A stretch of 64,000 bases of DNA from Flaccisagitta enflata (taxonomy: Eukaryota): the NCBI GenBank assembly GCA_965153355.1, contig OZ231126.1:5332001-5396000 (forward strand). Reading direction: 5' to 3'. The stretch's first letter is position 1. Each line of letters opens with the position of its first letter. The notes beneath the pieces are model-generated. The model searched no databases. It saw only the letters and a program-made list of their open reading frames with translations, and was not told the origin of the DNA. Made by a program: the position numbers and the translations under genes. Below, piece after piece: positions 13,089 through 25,976 of the stretch.

Positions 13089-13219
13089 GTATCGACTGAA
13101 CAAGCCGCTTTTGACGGGCATTTCCAACTCTGAGAGTCGACAGCCGGGAAAAGCGCCCAATTTCAGCGTCAACTGGACTCTCGGAGATGCGGGATTGGAG
13201 GTCATCAACGCCATGACAG
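13089..13219 (+). CDS. ADARB1: ADAR2 exon ([44 protein letters not shown])
   Basis: tgcag acceptor, g|gtgaca donor, phase 2-1; [13 protein letters not shown] motif of ADAR2. Confidence 0.93.
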
Positions 13220-14839
13220 GTGACAGAATCACTGTTTGTGTTAATTGGGGTCTTGTCTGGATGTTGACGGGTGACAAAATCACAATTTCTAATAATCAGG
13301 GTCGTTTCTAGTTTCAGACAGGTGACTCAATTACAATTTGTATTAGTCAGGGTCTTTCCTGGCTATGTATTTTTACAGAAATGTTACTTGTATTGAATCT
13401 GGCTTATAAGATTTTGGTCGCATTGGATTATGGGCCAGAGACCTGTGCCGATTCTGTGTAGCGTGGTAGCAGTGCTACTTGGCAGGCAATCGTCAAAGTT
13501 ACGGAAAGAAAGAGGCAAAATAAGGTTAGGAAAGAAAGAATTCGCACAGATTCTGACTGATTTTGTCATAAATCCGGGGAAGAATTGAAACTGACACGCA
13601 AATTTGTAGTGGCTTTGACGAATTATGTGGCAACGTTTGCGCTGGTGATTCTATCTTTTGGTCTCGGAGTATTCATCATTTGCATATTGCAGCTTCATTT
13701 TTCAAACCAGCAAATAAATGCTCCTTTACAAGAAAGAAAATCATTCTAAGCGTCGAATGTTTCTTTATTCCTGTGATCAAGGAAGCGCCCGGTGAAAATG
13801 CAAATAAGCAAGTATTAATAGTCCAAATTAGGAATCTTTTCACTCACAAACATGATTGAGTTTCCATTTGAAGGAATAATAATTCTGAAAGATTATCAAA
13901 TTGTAGTTGGAATTCCCCGCTTCTCTGAGCGTCTGCTATGGCTTCTGATACAGCCATTACAGAGCCTCTCAAATGTGATTATTAGTCTGAAATCTGAACT
14001 GGTTCCTTTACTAGTTATATTATATTATCAGAGAAGCCGATTTTGCCAAGCTGCCGCGTAGCAAGGGAAATTTAGCACAAGCTGCCGCATTTTTAGGTGC
14101 GACAAAGCATCTTTATAACTGGCTTTGTTCGTCGGTCTGTCAGTAACGCATACGTTCGACGATCCACACGTCGCACCTTATTGGCCTACTAGGCCTTGTT
14201 CACATGTTCTTTGGCTATGGACTACCCCGTTTATCCGCAGTGCTCAATCCCTTTTCTTCGATATCATGACCTCGGTCAATTCCGATTTTACTTAATCACG
14301 GGTAGTCTTGTTGTTGAGCCGCACGCGCGCTCAGATCTGAGCGCCAGCGCCACAGCAGTCCCAACTGCATGCTTTTATGTTAAATTCTCCCAAACTGAAA
14401 GCTCGGTACCATTCCAGAAAACTGGTTAATTTTTTCTATACCTACATCCCTTTGAACACAACGTAATCGAGTATGAAAGTAATCCTCTTGAATGGAATTG
14501 CCATTTTGCATTGTTATCACGAGATCATCAGGCATTTATTCGGTCAAAGGAATAAAGAAATGTTCGACATCGAGAAGGATTTTATTTTTGTTTTAAGAAC
14601 ATTAGCGATAGGAGTGCATAAAAATTTTAATTGCAATATGCAAATGAGTATTCCACCGAGACAAGCAGCAAACAGTTTCACGAAATCGAAAATTTGGCAA
14701 TCGTCTATTCGTTTATTTTCCCCCTTAACAGCCCCCTTGGCCACATCTACCGCACTTTGGCGCTTGCCTGCCGCGTAGCATTGCTACCATGCTACACACA
14801 TCCGGCACCTCTGTAATATTATATTATATTATATCCTAG

Positions 14840-15073
14840 GGAAAGACGAAGAGTCCCGTCCTTCGCGGTTGTGCAAGCGTCGGTTTTTCGAGCGTTGGAC
14901 TCAATTGGCTGGTCGCGTCAACGCCGTCGTGGATTCGTCCCGGAAGCCCTCGTCAGGAGACGTCGACGTCGACCCGCTCAAACTGGCCGCCAGATGTTAC
15001 TTCGACGTCAAACAGGAAGCCCAAGATTATCATTCCACTAAAACGGACATGGTCTCCGCTTTCGCCAAGCAAG
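14840..15073 (+). CDS. ADARB1: ADAR2 exon (GKDEESRPSRLCKRRFF...YFDVKQEAQDYHSTKTDMVSAFAKQG)
   Basis: cctag acceptor, g|gtatac donor, phase 1-1; SRLCK motif. Confidence 0.9.
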
Positions 15074-15659
15074 GTATACGAGAGAGATACAGAAAAAAAG
15101 ACAGGTTGTGGATCAGCGGCGTTGGTGAAGGAATTTCAGGGATTTCCATGGAAGTCTCTGTTGTCAAGTCACTGACGTTGTCGGGACACTAGATTCAGCA
15201 AAGAAAATGAAAATTAAGGAAGAAATAAAAGTAAAGAAAGAAAAATTAGATAAAAGGAAAAAGAAAAGATGGGGAAAAGCGAAGAAAATATAGTAGAGGG
15301 TAAATCAGATGGGAGAAAAAAGAGATTGAAGGAAAGAAAGAGGAAAAAGAAAGAAAGGAAGGCAAGAAATAAGAAAGGAGAACCAAGTGTTTTTGTCTAA
15401 GAATTGCAGTAATGATGATTTTTTACAGTTTCAAGGCAAAAACTACAAGTTAGTTTCCGTTAGGACACTAAATCTGTGGGACACTAATTGGGGTGAAAGT
15501 TCTAAGATTCTTTATTACTCTCCTACGCCGCTGTGGATCATATTGGCGCGGACTATGTGATTTTAAGCAGATTTGCGTGACTCACGAGTCCCTTATTGTG
15601 GGGTTTAAATGTATTGCGAACTGCTGGTGTTATGCTATAACAATCGGCATTTCATATGA

Positions 15660-16646
15660 GGGTGGTTCCATGTGAAATCATCAAAAAGTGAAAACCCTCA
15701 AAAAATGGAATTTGCTCTTTTTTGGTGTAAAGCTACCCCTTGGGGAGTTATTCAAGAATCCCGAATATTTTTTCGCTCGGTCCCATATTTTGGGTTTTAC
15801 GGGGGTTTGAAATTTTGACCCCCAGGGGTACCCCCAAAACTTTGAAAAACCATATCTCGTCCAATTTTCATAATAAAAGGGCAATCTTGGTGTCAATCTT
15901 CTTGTTTTAACCCAAAGAATTTGTTAGAAAAAAAATTTGAACCAAAAAAAATCATTTTGGTAATTTTTACCCCTAGGGGTAACTCTACAAGAACCCCCGG
16001 GGTACTAAGCCCCTAAAAATTTTGGAAAAAAAAGTTGGAAAAATATTTTTCCATGTTTGTTGTTTCTTATTCAAGAATAAAAAATATGGGAGCTCAACTC
16101 CATAGTACCCAAAAACAGGGTCAAAAATGGGTGGTACAGCCCATTTTTGACAATTTTGATCAAAAATGCCAAAATCCCCAAAATTGGGCCCTACTACCCA
16201 TTTTTGACCCTTTTTTTTGGTACTATAGAGTTGAGCTCCCATATTTTTCATTCTTGAATATGAAACAACAAACATGAAAAAATATTTTTCAAACTTTTTT
16301 TTCTCAAAATTTTTAGGGGCTTGGTACCCCTAGGGGTAAAAGCCACCAAAATGATTTTTTTTGGTTCAAATTTTTTTTTCCAACTGATTCTTTGGGTTAA
16401 AGCAAGAAGTTTGACACCAAGATTGCCCTTTTATCATGAAAATTGGCCAAGATATGGCTTTTTAAAGCTTTGGGGGTACTCCTGGGGTCAAAATTTCAAA
16501 CCCCCGTAAAACCCAAAATATCGGTCCAAGCGAAAAAATATTCGGGATTCTTGAATAACTCCCCAAGGGGTACCTTTACACCAAAAAAGAGCAAATTTCA
16601 TTTTTTGAGGGTTTTCACTTTTTGATGATTTCACATGGAACCACTC
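15660..16646. mobile_element. Palindromic MITE, GRG termini and 4-bp TSD ATGA (Sola2-like)
   Basis: atga|gggtggttccatgtgaaatcatc ... gatgatttcacatggaaccactc|atga; arms highly complementary over ~450 bp. Confidence 0.85.
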
Positions 16647-16709
16647 ATGATCTCTTCTGACATCCTATTGTGATTTACACATCTTTTTTTTTTCTTGTCC
16701 TATTCACAG

Positions 16710-16768
16710 GTTTGGGACAATGGGTTAAAAAGCCTTTGGAGCAGGACTCGTTTGATTTGATGTCCTGA
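16710..16768 (+). CDS. ADARB1: ADAR2 last coding exon (GLGQWVKKPLEQDSFDLMS*)
   Basis: pyrimidine tract + cacag acceptor; GLGxWVxKPxEQD C-terminal ADAR motif; TGA stop. Confidence 0.92.
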
Positions 16769-17946
16769 TAGTCGTCGATTTGATGTCCTAATTGTCATCA
16801 TATTTCCAGAATAACTTTGAATCTGTCACGGCTGAAATTTTCATGAAATGACATCAATGTTCTCGATTTCTGCCATTCTCTCTTTCACGTAAGAGAAAAA
16901 AACTATCCATGCGCCAGCGATTATAATTCATTTTCCAGACTTCTTTAACTGTAAATACCTTTTTGAATGTGTATGAAAATCATTTGTTGGAATCTTATGC
17001 ACCACAATTTGTGGGTATCGTCTACAACAGTACAACATGGTATCATTCGCGTTATATTTGATAGTCCATTTATGGTAATTCTGATTGATTTGCCGCAAAT
17101 TGCATGGGAAAAAAAGCTTTCAAGGAAAATTCTATAAAATCAGTTTCAGTTTGATAGATAAAGTTCAGCACGTTGAGTATACTAGTTACTCTCTTGCTAA
17201 TGAATGCTGTATATCGGCTTTCGAAAGGAAGCATTAACTTTGGGAGAGTATGACTTCTAGATGAAGAAAACTTCAATTACCAGATTGATCTCATTTTAAA
17301 AATATTTGAGCAAATTACACAAGACAAATCGATCAAGTGATAGACCTTGTTTTGATTGCTCCCGAGTTTTCACACTAATTTCGGATTGTTGAGAGATTTA
17401 ATTTGTTACAGCCAAACCTGCCAAAACAGATCTGAGAGTACCGAATCCTCCTAAAACGAACTCAAATCCTCAATTCCATCTTTTACGAGGCAAGTTCATT
17501 TTTGAACGAAACTAGGCCGGAATGACGGCTACCGAAGCCGCGTGCGGGTGGGCAGGGGCAGTAATGAAATACTGTTCAATCAGTAGTTCAACACTACACT
17601 AGTCGATTTTCTTAAACTTGTTCAACAAGTAGTTCAGTTTATTTTTTAGAAAGGAGCATTGATAAAAAAATATGCTCCTGAGTACCTTAAAAGCTAATTG
17701 TTATAGATAGACCGACCGACCAACCGACAGACTGACGTAGCGAGTTGAATGTACGCGTGACCCGCGGTTTTATCTGATCTCGTACCTGAAGTTCTGTCAC
17801 ACATGCAATTTTCATGTTAGTCTTTTATTTGCTTGATTTATTGGTTTAGTCACAAGACTTTCGCATCCCCGGAATCATAGAAAAGGCGCTACAATCTGGA
17901 TGGTCTAACTTTTCCAAACAGAAGGCAAAATAAGGAAAGAGTTGCA

Positions 17947-19534
17947 GGATGTTAGGAAGCGAGCAGAGACCAGATTTGAGTATATGTGTTTTTTCCTTGG
18001 AGGGCAAAGGATTTGAGCTATTGAGTTGATTTTTTTTGTGGATCTTCATTGGAAGGCTATTGCTGATGCAATAAAATAACAATTTGTTGAATCAAAAACA
18101 GATTTTTGAGGATTTTGAGCCTAACTAGTGTAAAATATGCGATTCTATTATGCGGTTCTGGCTGTTAAAATTCATCAAATACAGAGTAAATAGGTTATTT
18201 GAGGTTCAAAAAAGGGCTTGATTATGCTTAGAATTGATGTTAGAGATGATTTAGCCACTTTGGAGAAACTTCTACGCGGTCAGGAATTTTTAAAATCAAT
18301 TTTAGTCAAACTCAACACTTTTTCTTTATATTTCTTCTTATGGGTGTTGATAGCATAAGCAAGTAAAAAAAATGTACATTTAGATGTAATCTAGGGCCAC
18401 TTTGGCTTTTTTCTGGTAATCAAACCGTTTCTTGGCCTTTTGGGGGTCTCTGCACCAGTTTTGGTTCAGAAAACAAAGTAGCAAGGCTCCTAAGAGAGTG
18501 CCATAATCTGCCGTTGGTCGCCGCCCACGGCCGGGCCTATTCCTAACAGTCTTATTAGAGGGAAAATTAATCAAAATATGAATTTCTTGATTTTTGGCTC
18601 ATTTATCAATGGAATTAGCTATTTCTAATTCTCCCCTGTGATAAAAAATCAAATTTGGGCCAAAAACTAAATGCTTTGAGGTATTTTTAGGGCTTGAAAT
18701 CGGCCCAATAGAGCCATTTTTTGACAATCTTGAAAATTGGAGGCTTCAAGAAGGTGTCATCTTTGAGAGCCTAATGCTTTTTTTCGGAGAGAGATAGTAG
18801 TTAGCTCTTTTTTTCAGATGAGAGTACTCAAAAAGATCTTTCAAATAAGCACTGATTTTCCTCAAAAACTATTCTCCATTAGCAAATAATGACCTAACAA
18901 AGTTAACTAAGTACAGGGTTGCTTCTTATAAGGATGTTAGGAAGCGAGCAGAGACCAGATTTGAGTATGTGTTTTTTCCTTGGAGGGCAAAGGATTTGAG
19001 CTATTGAGTTGATTTTTTTTGTGGATCTTCATTGGAAGGCTATTGCTGATGCAATAAAATAACAATTTGTTGAATCAAAAACAGATTTTTGAGGATTTTG
19101 AGCCTAACTAGTGTAAAATATGCGATTCTATTATGCGGTTCTGGCTGTTAAAATTCATCAAATACAGAGTAAATAGGTTATTTGAGGTTCAAAAAAGGGC
19201 TTGATTATGCTTAGAATTGATGTTAGAGATGATTTAGCCACTTTGGAGAAACTTCTACGCGGTCAGGAATTTTTAAAATCAATTTTAGTCAAACTCAACA
19301 CTTTTTCTTTATATTTCTTCTTATGGGTGTTGATAGCATAAGCGAGTAAAAAAAATGTACATTTAGATGTAATCTAGGGCCACTTTGGCTTTTTTCTGGT
19401 AATCAAACCGTTTCTTGGCCTTTTGGGGGTCTCTGCACCAGTTTTGGTTCAGAAAACAAAGTAGCAAGGCTCCTAAGAGAGTGCCATAATCTGCCGTTGG
19501 TCGCCGCCCACGGCCGGGCCTATTCCTAACAGTC
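17947..19534. repeat. Two near-identical ~600-bp direct repeats (period 985 bp) flanked by TTGCA
   Basis: ggatgttaggaagcgagc...ttcctaacagtc at 17947-18551 and 18932-19534. Confidence 0.85.
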
Positions 19535-19899
19535 TTGCACCAAAGTTGAACGGAATAGTTTGCAGAACAAGCACTTTCAAAAGGCCTAACAAAGCAACGA
19601 TATTCTCTGAATAAAGTGACGCGGAATTTTTGTCCGCGACGGAATACCATTCCGACGCGGACTATAATTCGAGGCGGGTGGGTGTCGTCGTCGTCGTCGT
19701 TGTCGTTGTTGTCGTCGTCCACACTTTTAAAAATGGGCTAACTTTTGAACGCCTTGACCGATTTGCTTCATATTTGGAGGTCCGAAAAAAATAAAGGATC
19801 TTTCCTTTTCGGAAAAATGAAAAAATCCCCGGTTACCAGGATAAAATCGCTTGTCCTTCTGGGTCTTGCGTGTCTAGTGTCGCTTGTCCCCCGCATATG

Positions 19900-21950
19900 T
19901 TGTTGTCCCCTACATGTGTTGCTTACCCCCGCAAGTGTTGCCCACCCCTGCAAGTGTTGGAGATCCCCCGAAAGTGTCCATTACCCCCCGCAAGTGTCAT
20001 TTACCCCCCGCAAGTGTCCATTATCCCCCGCAAGTAGTCATTACATCCCACAAGTGTTCATTACCCCCCGCAAGTGTTTATTACCCCTCGCAAGTGTTCA
20101 TTACCCCTCGCAAGTGTTCATTACCCCTTGCGAGTGATCATTACCCCTCGCGAGTGTTCATTACCCCTCGCGAGTGTTCATTACCTCGCAAGTGTTCATT
20201 ACCCTCGCAAGTGTTCATTACCCCCCGCAAGTGTTCATTACCCCTCGCAAGTGTTCATTACCCCTCGCAAGTGTTCATTACCCCTCGCAAGTGTTCATTA
20301 CCCCTCGCAAGTGTTCATTACCCCTCGCAAGTGTTCATTACCCCTCGCAAGTGTTCATTACCCCTCGCAAGTGTTCATTACCCCTCGCGAGTGTTCATTA
20401 CCCCTCGCGAGTGTTCATTACCCCTCGCGAGTGTTCATTACCCCTCGCGAGTGTTCATTACCCCTCGCGAGTGTTCACTACCCCTCGCGAGTGTTCATTA
20501 CCCCTCGCAAGTGTTCATTACCCCTCGCAAGTGTTCATTACCCCTCGCAAGTGTTCATTACCCCTCGCAAGTGTTCATTACCCCTCGCAAGTGTTCATTA
20601 CCCCTCGCAAGTGTTCATTACCCCCCGCAAGTGTTCATTACCCCCCGCAAGTCTTCATTACCCCTCGCAAGTCTTCATTACCCCTCGCAAGTCTTCATTA
20701 CCCCTCGCAAGTCTTCATTACCCCTCGCAAGTCTTCATTACCCCTCGCAAGTCTTCATTACCCCTCGCAAGTCTTCATTACCCCTCGCAAGTCTTCATTA
20801 CCCCTCGCAAGTCTTCATTACCCCTCGCAAGTCTTCATTACCCCTCGCAAGTCTTCATTACCCCTCGCAAGTCTTCATTACCCCTCGCAAGTCTTCATTA
20901 CCCCTCGCAAGTCTTCATTACCCCTCGCAAGTCTTCATTACCCCTCGCAAGTCTTCATTACCCCTCGCAAGTCTTCATTACCCTCGCAAGTCTTCCTTAC
21001 CTTACATTGTTTTGCAAGTCTTGTTAGGCAAGTCTTCATTACCCCAAGTCTTCATTACCCTCAAGTCTACCCCCGCAAGTCTTCATTACCCCTCGCAAGT
21101 CTTCATTACCCCTCGCAAGTCTTCATTACCCCTTGCAAGTCTTCATTACCCCTCGCAAGTCTTCATTACCCCTCGCAAGTCTTCATTACCCCTCGCAAGT
21201 CTTCATTACCCCTCGCAAGTCTTCATTACCCCTCGCAAGTCTTCATTACCCCTCGCAAGTCTTCATTACCCCTCGCAAGTCTTCATTACCCCTCGCAAGT
21301 CTTCATTACCCCTCGCAAGTCTTCATTACCCCTCGCAAGTCTTCATTACCCCTCGCAATTCTTCATTACCCCTCGCAAGTCTTCATTACCCCTCGCCAGT
21401 CTTCATTACCCCTCGTCAGTCTTCATTACCCCTCGCAAGTCTTCATTACTCCTCGCAAGTGTCCACTAACCCCCCACTTATCATTAGCAAGTTGTTGCTG
21501 GCAAGTGTCCCTTGTCTTAAACAAGATTTGTTTGTGAAAGGCAAGGGCTTGTTATGGGTAAGTGTTGCTTGTCCTGGGCCTGTCGCTTGTCCTGGGCAGT
21601 GTCCCTTGCCCTGGGCAAGTGTAACTTGTCCTGGTCCTATGTTGCCTTTCCTGGGCAAGTGTCGCTTATCCTGGGCAAATGTCACTTGTCCTGAGTTTAT
21701 CTGCGGAGCGTTACTTGTCCTGAGTGAGCATTGCTTCTCCTGGGCAAGTGTCCCTTGTCCTGGGCGAGTGGCCCTTGTCCTGGGCGAGTGGCCCTTGTCC
21801 TGGGCGAGTGGCCCTTGTCCTGGGCGAGTGGCCCTTGTCCTGGGCTAGTGGCCCTTATCCTGGGCAGGTGTCCCTTGTCCTGGGCAAGTGTCCCTTGTCC
21901 TGGGCGAGTGTCCCTTGACCTGAGCAAGTGTCCCTTGTCCTGGGCGAGTG
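19900..21950. repeat. 20-bp minisatellite (TTACCCCTCGCAAGT[G/C]TTCA) grading into a second 20-mer (CCCTTGTCCTGGGCGAGTGG)
   Basis: direct inspection; source of the spurious 654/431/317-aa ORFs. Confidence 0.95.
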
Positions 21951-24168
21951 TTATCAGTTCTTGGTGGGTGTAACATGTGGTGTAATTTCTTTGGAAAAAT
22001 ATGTCAAGTAATTTGCCCAAGCTCTCTTAATGTTAGGAGGTCAATGAATCTTGTTAGTTCTGTGGTGAGGAAAGGGATCAGGAATTGCAGTCTGCCTTGG
22101 TAATAGGAGACAAGAAAGATGGAAGAAGAAATTCAGTGCACTTTTCAGTATGAGGACAAGGTATATAATGTAAGCCAATTGCATTCCAGTGACTGCCATG
22201 GTCGGGCAAGATAGTCAGTGACAGATCCGCCTGAGATGATCAGTTACGCAAATCAAGAATTCACTTCTTTGCATAATGATGACTGAGAATCCAATGATAA
22301 GTCTGCCTTGGCGAAACAGGTAAAGAAACTAGTAACAAGGGTGCCTTGGCTGAAGGGGAAAAAAAGTCAGTTACAATCCTCTCTTGGGCACAGTTAACGA
22401 GAAGTCCATTAAGTCTGCCTTGCTAATGGGGCTACCAAATCTAGGACTAATCCCATCTTTGGTAGTAGCCAAATTGAGGACAAGGAATCCTGTGACAACT
22501 CTGCCTTAGGTAAGGGGGAATAGGAACTTATTGACAAGTCTGCTATGTGATGAAATGAAAACTTTTATGGTACAGTAGGATATGATATACAGTGAATTGT
22601 TCATTTATGCATGGGGGAGAAATAAACCGGTATTCTTGGGCGGAAAGGGCAAAAAATTTATTGACAACCGCTCAGAGGGACAAGGAACCCATCATGTTTG
22701 GACATTGACTCCAGTCTGTTATGAGAAAAGTGGACAAGAAATACAGCAACAAGGTGAGAATATCAGCCCTCTATTCATTCTACTCTGGTTCAGATAGGGA
22801 CAAGAAATCTATGTTAGGTCTACCCCTGGCTTAGGGAAAGTGCAATTTACCATGTGCCACTGGATCTGCCATGGATTACTTAAGTAGGGCTAGCAAGCCA
22901 ATGAGACTTGCTGAAGGAGGCATTAAATCCACTGACCAGCCTTTCTTGGGCAAGGGGGGGGGGGCAAAGAAAACAGAAACAAGTGTCCCTTGGGTGAAAA
23001 GGGCAAGAAATCAGTGGCAATTCTGTCTTGCATGAAAGGGACAAGATGTCCAACAAATCTAGCACTAATCCTGCTTTGGGAAAAGAGGAAAAGGAACCCA
23101 GTGACAACATCCTTGGGTAAAGGAGAAAAGGGTTTGTTGAGGAATGAGTTATGAATTATCACCACAGTAAAATAAGACAAAACATCTAGTGAACTTTTCA
23201 TTCATGTATGGGGACATAGAATCCAGTGGTCAAGTCCACCCTAGATGAAAAGAGCAAGAAAGTCACCAAGTTTGGACAATGAATACAAAAGCTGTCTGTG
23301 GAAAGAGAAGGGGGACAAGAAATACAGTGATAAGTCAGCGGTAGTGTAGGAACAGAAATTCAGCGCAATCATAATTTAATTCTCCTTCAAATCAGGAGGA
23401 CAAGAATTTTATTGTAATTCTGCCCTACAACAAGTAATTCAGTGACACTTCCATGATTAAAGTGGGGGGATAAACCAGCAGGACTAACTTCCTCTTCAAA
23501 TAATCCACTGACAAGTTTAGCTTGTCTGAAGGGGTCAAGAAAACAAGTGACAAGAGTAAGATGAAGGGGTCAAGATATTAGTGACAAGAAATGAAACAAA
23601 TCTACCTTGAAAAAAGGGATAACTTTTCTGGCTCTAATCTGGCCTTTGATGGTGAATCTAGTGTAAAGTCTGCCTTTGGAAAAAAGTCCAGTGACTAAAA
23701 ATCAAGTGACCAGTCGGCCTTGGGCAGAAGGGACGGGGATCCAGTGACAAGTTCGCCTAGTGCAGAAGGGACTTGTAAGGAATTCAGTGTCAAGAATGAC
23801 ATGGGCAGAAGGAACAAGGTAAGTGAGCAAAATGAGCTAAAATGGTCAAAATCACCCTCACAGATGAGCAGCTATGCACATGAACATGTTTTCTTGTATT
23901 TGCGTACTCAAACAAACATAGATACACTCTTTTATTGATCCTACACAAAACCATGAAAAATAAAAAAAATTCAATTTGAATTTTGCATACATAAATCTTT
24001 AAAAATTCATAACGCAAAAAATATTTGTCATAGAGCATTCTACTAGGCATCAAATAAAAGAGAATTGTCAAATTTACTTACCCTATCAATTTTATTTGAG
24101 GGCTCATTTGCTCGGTGGAGATTCCCAACTTTCAAATAAGAAAATGAAAACCATGTTTCTCTCAAATA

Positions 24169-24503
24169 CTGTATTTTTTTCCATTTAGCGCCCCCCTCCA
24201 AAAAGCGCCCCCACCTCTTTTTTTCTCAGTATTGTATTTTTCAGAAGAGATTTTGACAGAAACATTGGGCAACATGATGAAATAATACAACACAATGAGC
24301 CATTTTCAAAGACTTTCGAACAGATAGATGCAATGAATATCTTCATTTTGAGTCAAATCTAGCACTTTGGTAGCCTCTTATATAAAAAGTAGACTGAATG
24401 ACAGATCATCTACAATATAAAGTGGGCGCTAATTGGAGGGATAAAAAGCAAAGTCATATTTTAATTTCAAAAGCGCCTGGGGCGCTTTTTAGAAAAAATA
24501 TGG
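24169..24503. mobile_element. pogo/Tigger-type MITE
   Basis: ta|ctgtattttttccatttagcgccc ... gggcgctttttagaaaaaatatgg|ta. Confidence 0.6.
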
Positions 24504-25074
24504 TATGTCAAAAAGTCGAAGACTAACTTCCGACTTTTTTCCCGATTATTGACCAGTTAGGGATAGCTAGGCAGGGGCAGTATCACAGTACTCAATAATA
24601 CACAACTAAAACTGACTTAAAAGTTAAAGCCCTATTATAAAAAAGTAATGCAATAATGTTATGTGATGTTATGAGTTGCGTGTTGAAATACCTACAATTT
24701 TTTTCGAACACCCATTAACAATTTTAAAACATACACCTCCTAATCAGACTGAGCGTAAAAGAATACACCTCTCGTATATAGATATCAAGTTCTTTTCTTT
24801 TCTTCACCTCAAATATTTGGCAAATGTCTACAAAATCTTTACTCTTCCATTCAAAGACTTTGAGATTGACATCTGAGTTTACTTTTTTTCCCCAAAAAAA
24901 GTGAGTTATCTTGGATTTAGGAGCGCCGCATCGGTGCTCGAATTTGGAAAAGAAAGTTCGCAGGTTCTTCCGTTAGTCTTTCAGTGGACTTTGTTCTTAA
25001 ATCTGAGGCTTGATGCATCCACTGAATCTACCTTTTGTTGAATTTCTGTCTTTCTGTCTGTGTGTCCGTCTGTG

Positions 25075-25190
<116 letters not shown>

Positions 25191-25976
25191 AGAGTCGCAT
25201 GTCAATAATGGGAAGCAACCAGGTAAATCTTAATTTCTTTTTATCCAAACCTAATAGAAACAATGAACCAAGATATCAAAGGAACTGCGATGTAACATTT
25301 CTTCATATTAGTTGTTATGGGTTACATTGAATTTATATACCCACAGCGCCTCAATGCCCAAATCTTTGAGGCCCAAATCTCAGCCTGGAGGCCCAAATCT
25401 CAGCCTTGAGGATCAAATTCCAGCCTCAAAGCCTAGATCCCAGCTTCAAGGCCCAAATCCCAGCCTCAAGGCCCTAATCCCAGCCTCAAGGCCCTATTCC
25501 CAGCCTCATGAGACAAATCTCAGCCAAAAGATCCAAATCTCAATTGCTTGGAGGAGAAGGAGAAAATCCCCCATATGTGTGAAAGCATAGGTCATCCATC
25601 CCTTCGGGGCCGCTGCCCTGCTGCCTCCCTCAACTTCCACCACAACCGACTTCAGCAGAGCACGGGTAACGCTGAACATCTAACGCTTTTGCGACTATTT
25701 TCGCTTATCTACAACATATCGTGAGAAAATAAAATACTCCGGCATTGTATTCTATTCATCGGTCTACTAGTTAGTCCGTTCGTTTATCACTACTTTAAAC
25801 ATGTGTATATATACTCGGATTACAAAAGCGGTCGATTTTTATGCCGCTTCCACCGCTTCCGCTTCCGCTTCCGCTTCCATTTTGCAGTCCAAATACTAGT
25901 AACTATCCCACCCACCAAATTGGAAGTGGTCAATCGCTTCCTCATCCCTACTTGATTATCTTCACACACACATACA

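Noticed and set aside
19884-21848. 654-aa and overlapping long ORFs
   Set aside because: Translations of a 20-bp minisatellite giving the same peptide in all three frames; no splice or homology support
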